DNA from: Deltaproteobacteria bacterium
GTDB lineage: Bacteria > Myxococcota_A > UBA9160 > SMWR01
Length of the DNA: 10,225 bases
Assembly (NCBI GenBank): GCA_032128375.1
Contig: JAQBGU010000137.1
Coordinates: forward strand, 1-10,225
Reading direction: 5' to 3'
Positions 1-8,916 of this stretch are shown here, piece after piece. Each line of letters begins with the position of its first letter. Positions within the stretch are counted from its first letter, which is position 1. The notes beneath the pieces were generated by a model. It had not been told where the DNA came from, did not search any database, and saw nothing but the letters and a program-made list of their open reading frames with translations. Position numbers and translations under genes: made by a program.

Positions 1-786
1 ACCTTGCGCGCGATTCGGGTGCTCGGCGAAGCCGAATTGGTGCTGGCAGAGGACGCCCGGCGCACGCGGGTGCTGCTCGATCGGCACGGCATCGATGCGC
101 GACCGGCCTCGCTGCACGCGCACAACGAGGCCTCTCGAATCGACCGAGTCCTTTCGACTCTCGAAGCGGGGGGCGACGTGGCGTTGGTTTCGGATGCCGG
201 TACACCGCTGATTTCGGACCCGGGCGAGCGTCTCGTCGCTGCGGTAGCCCGAGCGGGTTTCGATGTCTCTCCCGTGCCCGGTGCCTCGGCGGTCTCGAGC
301 GCGCTTTCGGTCTCGGGCCTCGCGGCAGCACCTTATTCGTTCGTGGGCTTCCTGCCGCGTCGCAAAGGGGAGTGCGAGAGGTTGCTGCTCACACTTCGCG
401 ATCGCTCCGACACACTGGTGTTCTTCGAGTCGCCGCGCCGTGTCGCAGCAACGCTTGCGCGTCTGTCCGACGTGCTCGGCAACCGGAAGGCGTGTGCGGC
501 CCGAGAGCTCACCAAGCGTCATGAACAGATCGCGCGCGGCAGTCTCGAAGAGCTGTCCGAGAAGTTCACCGATGGCGCCCGCGGCGAATTTACGCTGGTC
601 GTCGAGGGTGCTGCTCCCGCTGCACCCCTCAGCGACCCCTCGCAACTCGACCCGCAGATTCGAGACCTGTTGGCCAGGGGCATGACACCGCGAGAAATCT
701 CAAAACAGCTGGCCACCGCAACCGGCATCCAGAAACGCACGATCTACCAGCGCATCATCGAAACCAAAGAAACACCCGAGTCGTAG
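1..786 (+). CDS. rsmI: 16S rRNA (cytidine1402-2'-O)-methyltransferase, 5'-partial (frame open from position 1)
   Basis: Frame 1 reads TLRAIRVL..AEDARRT..HAHNE..VALVSDAGTPLISDPG..PVPGASA..FVGFLP..FFESPRRV..ARELTKRHEQIARG..RGEFTLVV, the characteristic RsmI/YraL motifs. Ends TAG 784-786. The usual N-terminal 'ATPIGNL.DIT' segment must lie upstream of the window. Confidence 0.95.
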   Translation, partial: TLRAIRVLGEAELVLAEDARRTRVLLDRHGIDARPASLHAHNEASRIDRVLSTLEAGGDVALVSDAGTPLISDPGERLVAAVARAGFDVSPVPGASAVSSALSVSGLAAAPYSFVGFLPRRKGECERLLLTLRDRSDTLVFFESPRRVAATLARLSDVLGNRKACAARELTKRHEQIARGSLEELSEKFTDGARGEFTLVVEGAAPAAPLSDPSQLDPQIRDLLARGMTPREISKQLATATGIQKRTIYQRIIETKETPES

Positions 787-878
787 TGTGTTCAGATCTG
801 CTTCACGCGGACGAGCAGACCCCGGTAGGGTTTCTCGCTCTCCAACTCCCGCGGCGCCTCCGCGCTCTCGATCAGAAT

Positions 879-3011
<2,133 letters not shown>

Positions 3012-3073
3012 AAGCTGCCGGTGAATCCCGCGACCGGTACTGCCACAAGCCGCCAGCTCATCCCTGGCCGGGC

Positions 3074-3079
3074 TAGACT
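3074..3079 (+). promoter_or_regulatory. Putative -10 box (TAGACT) placing the transcription start at the GT2 ATG (leaderless)
   Basis: TAGACT-N7-ATG(3087), with no Shine-Dalgarno-like sequence (CCCGCCC precedes the ATG). Confidence 0.5.
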
Positions 3080-3086
3080 CCCGCCC

Positions 3087-4322
3087 ATGGCCGAGCATTC
3101 CCACGTCTTGACGATCGTGATTCCCGCACTCGATGAAGAGGGAGCCATCGGAAGCACGATCGAACGCTGTCTGGCCGCGCGCGAGACCATCATCGCCAAC
3201 AGCGCTGTCGAAGAGGTCGAAATCATCGTCGTCAGTGACGGATCGACCGATCGCACCGAGGAGATCGCGAAGAGCTTCGGCGACGTCACGGTGTTGGTGT
3301 TCGACGTCAATCGCGGCTACGGCGCAGCGATCAAGTGCGGCTTCGCCTATGGCCGTGGTGACCTGGTGTCGTTTCTGGACGGGGATGGAACCTGCGACCC
3401 CCGGCTGTTTGCGGACTTCTGTCGGGCGATCGACGACGAGGAGGCCGACCTCGTGCTCGGCTCTCGGATGGGGTCCGACAGCCAGATGCCGCTGATCCGA
3501 ACGATCGGGAACGCGATCTTTGCCCACCTGCTGGGGGTGTTGAGCGACCGCTCGATCGAAGATACCGCCAGCGGCATGCGGGTGATTCGGCGCGCCTGCC
3601 TCGGGGATTTGTACCCGCTGCCCGACGGGCTGCACTTCACACCGGCGATGAGTGCCCGGGTCCTGCTGGAAGGCAAACTGAAAATCGTCGAGCGCCCGAT
3701 GCCATACGCCGAGCGTGTCGGCGATTCGAAACTCAGCGTGGTCAAGGACGGCCTGCGCTTCTTCCGATCCATCATCCAGGCGGCTGCGACCTTCCAACCC
3801 GCACGTCCGGTGCTGATGGTCGCCGGCCTGCTGCTCGCTGCCGCGTTGGTGATCGTCACCCCCACAGTGATCTTCTACCTTAGGGAAGCGCGGCTCGAAG
3901 AATGGATGGTCTACCGGCTGCTGTTGGGATCTCTGCTGGTCACGACATCATCGATTTTCGTCTGTGTCGCGGTCGTTGCGGACAAGATCGCGTCCACGGC
4001 CCGCGGCCGGCCTCCCACATCCAGCGGGCTGACTGGCTTGTTGGTGCGGCTGTTCACTCCGCGAAATCGGCTGGTGGGTTGTGTGATGTTGGCAGGAACC
4101 GCGACGATCGTGGTAGCGCCCGGAATCTGGGAATACGTCAGCAGCGGAACGGTACACATGCATTGGTCGCGGGCGAGCTTGTCGTCTCTGTTGCTGGTTC
4201 TGGCCGCGGTGCTGGCGAGCGCGACTTTCCTGCTGAACATGCTCGAACTCATCAGCGCCAATCGCGCAGAGCTGCCACGCATACGGCCTCCGGAGCGGAT
4301 CCACCAGCCCGGCGATCGCTGA
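3087..4322 (+). CDS. Glycosyltransferase family 2, DPM1/ArnC/GtrB-like (polyprenol-phosphate glycosyltransferase-like), with about 4 C-terminal TM helices (411 aa)
   Basis: LTIVIPALDEEGAI, EIIVVSDGSTDRT, NRGYGAAIKCG, DxD in FLDGDG, DLVLGSR, DTASGMR, YAERVGDSKLSVVKDG, then four hydrophobic stretches. ATG 3087 is preferred over 2979 because the GT2 domain starts a few residues later and the upstream extension overlaps the divergent promoter region. Confidence 0.9.
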   Translation: MAEHSHVLTIVIPALDEEGAIGSTIERCLAARETIIANSAVEEVEIIVVSDGSTDRTEEIAKSFGDVTVLVFDVNRGYGAAIKCGFAYGRGDLVSFLDGDGTCDPRLFADFCRAIDDEEADLVLGSRMGSDSQMPLIRTIGNAIFAHLLGVLSDRSIEDTASGMRVIRRACLGDLYPLPDGLHFTPAMSARVLLEGKLKIVERPMPYAERVGDSKLSVVKDGLRFFRSIIQAAATFQPARPVLMVAGLLLAAALVIVTPTVIFYLREARLEEWMVYRLLLGSLLVTTSSIFVCVAVVADKIASTARGRPPTSSGLTGLLVRLFTPRNRLVGCVMLAGTATIVVAPGIWEYVSSGTVHMHWSRASLSSLLLVLAAVLASATFLLNMLELISANRAELPRIRPPERIHQPGDR

Positions 4323-4342
4323 TTCGCGCGTCGCGGCGCGAA
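4323..4342 (+). repeat. 7-bp inverted repeat directly after the GT2 stop
   Basis: TTCGCGC(4323-4329)-GTCGCG-GCGCGAA(4336-4342). No U-tract follows, so it is not a classical intrinsic terminator. Confidence 0.35.
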
Positions 4343-4485
4343 CCCCGGCAATCCCGCGCAAGCCACTGAAACCACAAGAAATTTCGCGTTAAAGCTGGCG
4401 CTCGGTCGAGGCGATCAGTGCTTTGGATCCGTGTGCTTCGCTGCCGTGGAACGGCGCGCTGGTTAGCGGTTTGCCAGGAGAACCG

Positions 4486-5700
4486 ATGGGCCAGGCCGAC
4501 GAACCGCGAGAGCTAGACCTTCCGCTTCCGGATTGGGAAGGCGTGACGGCGCTGATTCCCACCGCAGTCGTGCTGACCCGGGGAAACGACATCGTCTGGG
4601 CGAACGATCGCATGGCCGAGCTGGTTGGTGTCGCATCGGTCGATCTGTTGCATGGGCGGGTACTGGCGGATCAGTTCTCCGATACCGGCGGCGGACTACC
4701 GGACCCGGTCGCGCCTCGAGCGGTCGAATGCTCGCTGAGTCGACCCGATGGTGAGAAGCGGATCGTCAGCTGTCGACCGGTGGATGCGCGATGGCTGACT
4801 GGGTGGCCAGAACCGGGGCCGAGTGGATCCTGCGTCTGGTCGATCGAAGACGTGAGCCATGTCCGAACTCTCGAAGCCGAACTGCTGCGAATGAGCAAGG
4901 CGCTGCATGGGGCGAACCGGGAGCTGGTCGGTTTACGCGAACGTGTGCGCCGCGAGAGTCTCGAGCGCGAAGAACTGCTGAGCATAGTCAGTCACGAATT
5001 GCGCACACCCGTCACGATCATCAGCGGCTACAACCGCTTGCTGCTCTCGGAACAGGTGGGTCCCGTCACGGCGGAACAGCGCCGCTTCCTGGCAGAAAGT
5101 TCCAAGGCCTGCCATCGGCTGGACGCTTTCATCGGCAATCTTCTCGAAGCAGGGCGACTCGCGTTCGATTGCGAAGTGCTCGAGATCGCCAACGGCGATC
5201 TGGCTCCGGTGATCGACACAGTCGTAGAACTGCTCGGTCCTCTGCTCGATGAAGCTGGGCTCCAGATGAGGGTCGAGGTGGCGGCGAATGCCGACCGGGC
5301 GCGATTCGATCGAATGCGACTCGATCAGATCTTGACCAATTTGGTGGCCAATGCAATCAAGTTTTCTCCGGCCGGCGGAACCATCGGGATCGCGACACGC
5401 CGTTTGCCCCGAGATCCAAACGGAGTAGAAAGCCGCGAGAGCGTCGAGTTGGCTGTATACGACGACGGCCCCGGCGTGGCACTTCCAGACCGCGATCGGA
5501 TCTTCGATCCCTACACGCAAGTAGGTGAACAGAGCCGGGCAGGAGGTTTGGGACTCGGTTTGGCGATCTGCAAGAGGCTCGTCGAGTCACACGGGGGCAC
5601 GATCGCAGTCCGGGCGCGTCGCGATCGAGGCAGCGCGTTCGTGTTCACGCTGCCCGTGGCTGACGAGCCGTCGAATCTGAGCGGTACAGGAGGAGTGTAG
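4486..5700 (+). CDS. Cytoplasmic sensor histidine kinase (degenerate PAS-like + coiled coil + HisKA + HATPase_c), 404 aa
   Basis: H-box SHELRTPVTIISGY, N-box RLDQILTNLVANAIKFS, G1 DDGPGV, F-box IFDPY, G2 GGLGLGLAICKRLVESHGG. PAS-like start IPTAVVLTRGNDIVWANDRMAELVG and end WSIEDVS. No TM segment. AGGAG at 4476-4480 is 5 nt before ATG 4486. Confidence 0.93.
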   Translation: MGQADEPRELDLPLPDWEGVTALIPTAVVLTRGNDIVWANDRMAELVGVASVDLLHGRVLADQFSDTGGGLPDPVAPRAVECSLSRPDGEKRIVSCRPVDARWLTGWPEPGPSGSCVWSIEDVSHVRTLEAELLRMSKALHGANRELVGLRERVRRESLEREELLSIVSHELRTPVTIISGYNRLLLSEQVGPVTAEQRRFLAESSKACHRLDAFIGNLLEAGRLAFDCEVLEIANGDLAPVIDTVVELLGPLLDEAGLQMRVEVAANADRARFDRMRLDQILTNLVANAIKFSPAGGTIGIATRRLPRDPNGVESRESVELAVYDDGPGVALPDRDRIFDPYTQVGEQSRAGGLGLGLAICKRLVESHGGTIAVRARRDRGSAFVFTLPVADEPSNLSGTGGV

Positions 5701-5704
5701 GCGG

Positions 5705-7165
5705 ATGGCGCGAAAGCAGTCGATAACGAATCAAGCGAGCAGGGCGGGCCGAGGCGAGTCGCGTGGCAGATTTCGGATGCTCGTCGTCGATGACGCAGAA
5801 GGGATTCGCACCTATCTGGCGAATCTGCTCGAGCTGAAGGGCTACGACGTGGATACGGCCGAGGATGGCCGGCGCGCGCTGGCGCTTCTCGAAGGTGGTG
5901 CAGCACCGGACGTGATCATCCTCGACGTGATGATGCCTGGTTTAGACGGCATCGAGACTCTGCGACGCATCCGCGAATTGGACGAGACGGTGCCTGTGAT
6001 CATGCTCTCGGTTGTGGGCAAGGCCAGCACGATCGTCGAGGCGATGCAGTTGGGAGCCGTCGACTACCTCAACAAGCCCTTCGAGGAAGAGGTACTCGAG
6101 CTCACCCTCGAGAAGGTTCTGGAAAAAAAGGCGCTGGAGCGCGAGAGGGAAGAACTCTCTACCGAGCTGGAGCGATATCGCGATGGCGTGGTGTGGGCGA
6201 GCCCACCGATGCAGGGAATTCGGAGCATTCTCGAGCAGGTTTCGGATACAGATGTAACGGTTCTCATCCAGGGCGAAAGCGGTGTGGGCAAAGAGATCGT
6301 CGCGCGCACAGTCCACGGAATTTCGTCACGCGCGGACAAGCCGTTCGTCAAGGTGAACTGCGCAGCGCTTCCCGAGGACCTGCTGGAGAGCGAACTATTC
6401 GGCTACGAAAAAGGCGCTTTCACCGGTGCATTCGGCCGCAAAGCCGGAAAGTTCGAAACAGCGCACCGCGGCACGATGTTTCTGGACGAGATTGGCGAGA
6501 TGAGTCCGGCACTGCAAGCAAAGCTGTTGCAGGTACTACAGGATCACGAGTTCACGCGACTAGGTGGAAATGTCGAAGTCTGCGTGGACGTACGCGTGGT
6601 TTGCGCGACGAATCGGGACCTCGCGCAAATGGTTCGAGAGGGTGTGTTCCGGGAGGATCTCTACTTTCGCATGAACGTCGTCAATGTGATGATCCCTCCG
6701 CTGCGCGAACGGCGAGAAGAGATTCCGGCATTAGTCGACACCTTCATCCGGCGCTACGCGCCTCTCTACGACAAGCCGATGGTGCGATTCAGCGACGCAC
6801 TGATGCAGGCCCTCGGTCGCTACGCATTCCCCGGAAATGTCCGCGAACTCGAGAACATGGTGAAGCGCGTTCTCGTGCTGGGGGGCGAGTCGTCGGTCTT
6901 GAACGAGCTCGCCGAAAAGGGAGCGAGCGGAAAGAAGGGCGCGTACGCTGCGCTGATCGAGCTGATCGAACGCGTTGAGCAGACTGCGGGCGAAGTTCCT
7001 CTACGAGAAGTCGGTCGAATGGCTGCGCAAGAGGCAGAGCGCGAGACGATCGGGCGGGTGCTCCATCACACCGATTGGAATCGCAAACAAGCGGCGCGAC
7101 TGCTCGGCATCAGCTACAAGACCCTGCTACAGAAGATCCGCGGCTGCGGGCTGGAACCGGTTTAG
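5705..7165 (+). CDS. Sigma54-dependent response regulator / enhancer-binding protein, NtrC/AtoC family (REC + AAA+ + Fis HTH), 486 aa
   Basis: REC: LVVDD, ILDVMMPG (phospho-Asp), YLNKPF. AAA+: Walker A GESGVGKE, VNCAAL, ESELFGYEKGAFTGA, Walker B FLDEIGEM, QAKLLQVLQ, FREDLYFR, FPGNVRELEN. HTH: WNRKQAARLLGISYKTLLQKI. Starts 4 nt after the kinase stop, with AGGAGG at 5688-5693. Confidence 0.96.
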   Translation: MARKQSITNQASRAGRGESRGRFRMLVVDDAEGIRTYLANLLELKGYDVDTAEDGRRALALLEGGAAPDVIILDVMMPGLDGIETLRRIRELDETVPVIMLSVVGKASTIVEAMQLGAVDYLNKPFEEEVLELTLEKVLEKKALEREREELSTELERYRDGVVWASPPMQGIRSILEQVSDTDVTVLIQGESGVGKEIVARTVHGISSRADKPFVKVNCAALPEDLLESELFGYEKGAFTGAFGRKAGKFETAHRGTMFLDEIGEMSPALQAKLLQVLQDHEFTRLGGNVEVCVDVRVVCATNRDLAQMVREGVFREDLYFRMNVVNVMIPPLRERREEIPALVDTFIRRYAPLYDKPMVRFSDALMQALGRYAFPGNVRELENMVKRVLVLGGESSVLNELAEKGASGKKGAYAALIELIERVEQTAGEVPLREVGRMAAQEAERETIGRVLHHTDWNRKQAARLLGISYKTLLQKIRGCGLEPV

Positions 7166-7228
7166 GATTCCGGGATTCGGGGAGTGCCCTCGATCCGCTA
7201 ACGCCGCACCGCGGCGGAGGGCCTCGAC

Positions 7229-8422
7229 ATGCTGGGCATCAGCCTCCTCGAGAACCCGATTCGCCACTACGCTTGGGGATCGCACACCGCGATCGCACGG
7301 CTCCAGCGCCGCCCGAACCCGACCGCTCAGCCAGAAGCGGAACTCTGGATGGGCGCGCATCCCTCCGCACCGTCGCGTATCCGCAACGGCGATGCATGGT
7401 TGCCGCTGACCGATGTGCTGCGCGACGCGTCGAAGGAAGTGCTCGGGTCGCGCGTGGCTACACGCTTTGGTTCCGACCTGCCGTTTCTGTTCAAAGTGCT
7501 CGCCGCCAGCGAGCCGCTTTCGATCCAGGCGCACCCGGATGCCACGCAGGCGCGCGATGGTTTCGAACGCGAGAATGCCGCAGGCGTTCCGCTCGACGCG
7601 CCCAACCGCAATTACCGCGATCCGCATCCAAAGCCTGAACTGATTTGTGCGTTGACACCGTTCTGGGCACTGCGTGGCTTTCGCAACGCGGATGCGATCG
7701 TCGAGGCTTTACGCGATTTCAAAATCGAAGAACTCGCGCCCGAGATCGAAGCGTTGGGACGTGAGGGCGATGGCGTGGGTCATCGTCATTTCTTTGAATC
7801 GATCATGAACGCGGACGCCGATCGCGTAGCCCGCGCCGTCTCGCAGGCGGTGCTTCCGGCCGCCGAATCCCCGACTTCGCGCTGGTTTGCGAAACTGGCG
7901 GTTGCCTATCCGCAAGATGTCGGCGCGCTCGCACCGCTGTTCCTGAACGTGGTCCGGCTCGAACCGGGAGAGGCCATGTACCTGGGCGCCGGCGAGCTCC
8001 ACAGCTATCTCGAAGGTGTCGGCATCGAGATCATGGCGAACTCCGACAACGTGCTGCGAGGTGGATTGACGAAAAAACACGTTGATGTGTCGGAATTGTC
8101 GAGAACGTTGAAATTCGATTCGGGCGATCCTGCGATTTTGCGACCCACCGCTCGCTCAACGGGCGAATGCGTGTTCGAGACGGATGCGTCGGAGTTCGAG
8201 CTGGCAGTTCTGAGACTCGAACGCGGTACGACCTGGTCGAGCGGCTCTTCGCGCGGTCCGGAAATCTGGCTCGTCACCGAAGGAGATGTCGAGGTTCACG
8301 ATCCTACCAGCGGCCAGACCCTCGCAATCTCGCAGGGAGAGTCCGCGTTCATTCCGGACCGCGTCGACCCGTACCAGTTGATGGGTGTCGGTACGCTGTA
8401 TCGGGCCGGCGTGCCGCGCTAA
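7229..8422 (+). CDS. manA: Mannose-6-phosphate isomerase, class I (397 aa)
   Basis: YAWGS, AELWMGAHP, LPFLFKVLAA..PLSIQAHP (Zn ligands Q/H), NYRDPHPKPEL, LHSYLEG, EIMANSDNVLRGGLT.KHVDV. GGAGG at 7216-7220 and TAA stop. Confidence 0.96.
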   Translation: MLGISLLENPIRHYAWGSHTAIARLQRRPNPTAQPEAELWMGAHPSAPSRIRNGDAWLPLTDVLRDASKEVLGSRVATRFGSDLPFLFKVLAASEPLSIQAHPDATQARDGFERENAAGVPLDAPNRNYRDPHPKPELICALTPFWALRGFRNADAIVEALRDFKIEELAPEIEALGREGDGVGHRHFFESIMNADADRVARAVSQAVLPAAESPTSRWFAKLAVAYPQDVGALAPLFLNVVRLEPGEAMYLGAGELHSYLEGVGIEIMANSDNVLRGGLTKKHVDVSELSRTLKFDSGDPAILRPTARSTGECVFETDASEFELAVLRLERGTTWSSGSSRGPEIWLVTEGDVEVHDPTSGQTLAISQGESAFIPDRVDPYQLMGVGTLYRAGVPR

Positions 8423-8790
8423 GGCCGAACTGCCGCTTCTATCTGGGTACTCCATCCCGTGTCGGATCCACTTCGAGTTCGCGGACAATGCAGATTCTTG
8501 GCTGAGAATCTCTTCTCCGATCGAGTTCGAGGTAGACTCACGAGTTCGATCGCGCCGATGAGTATCCGCGCGCCATTCGGAGATTGAACCAGATGCTGGA
8601 GCGATCATTCCCGGCGCTCTCAGTGCGTGATCTCTGTGATTCAAGGCGCCGGACATCGGTGATGAGCAGCCCGACACCGTTGCCGTGCATCAACGTGTGG
8701 TGACCTTCGTGGGGCGGCCGAGGTCTCGCAACCCGTACGGAGGCGACGAACCCAACGTGGTTACGGGAAAGTCAGGCTGGCCCGGCTAGC

Positions 8791-8806
8791 CCTGAAGTAA
8801 GCGCAG
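8791..8806 (+). repeat. Candidate left terminal inverted repeat (IRL) of the IS1380 element
   Basis: CCTGAAGTAAGCGCAG, 126 nt upstream of the transposase GTG. The partner IRR is not in the window, so this is unverified. Confidence 0.45.
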
Positions 8807-8846
8807 ATCGCTCATCGAGCGTGGATTGAGGGTCGAGGAAACGGAA

Positions 8847-8915
8847 TGGGAGCGCGCTTCCTGGTGTAATCTGGTTTTACGAGAACCCAAGATCCTCCAG
8901 AAAGCGACGCTCCCA
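8847..8915 (+). promoter_or_regulatory. Long imperfect inverted repeat / RNA hairpin covering the transposase translation-initiation region, overlapping a putative extended -10 (TGGTGTAAT 8862-8870)
   Basis: TGGGAGCGCGCTTCCTGG (8847-8864) pairs with CCAGAAAGCGACGCTCCCA (8897-8915) with 17 Watson-Crick pairs, one C-A mismatch and one bulged A. Inner stems are ATCT/AGAT and GGTTTT/AGAACC. Confidence 0.7.
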
Positions 8916-8916
8916 A

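Noticed and set aside
4423..4485. TTG start for the kinase at 4423
   Set aside because: ATG 4486 has a well-spaced AGGAG and the TTG has none.
8156..8677. 173-aa minus-strand ORF overlapping the manA 3' end
   Set aside because: Overlaps manA by 267 nt in its antisense frame, is Ser/Arg-rich, and has no RBS or motif.
8732..8790. Possible structured RNA (CCCGTA...TACGGG enclosing AACC/GGTT)
   Set aside because: Stems are short and I could not match tRNA, SRP, group II intron domain V or riboswitch consensus. An Rfam search would be needed.
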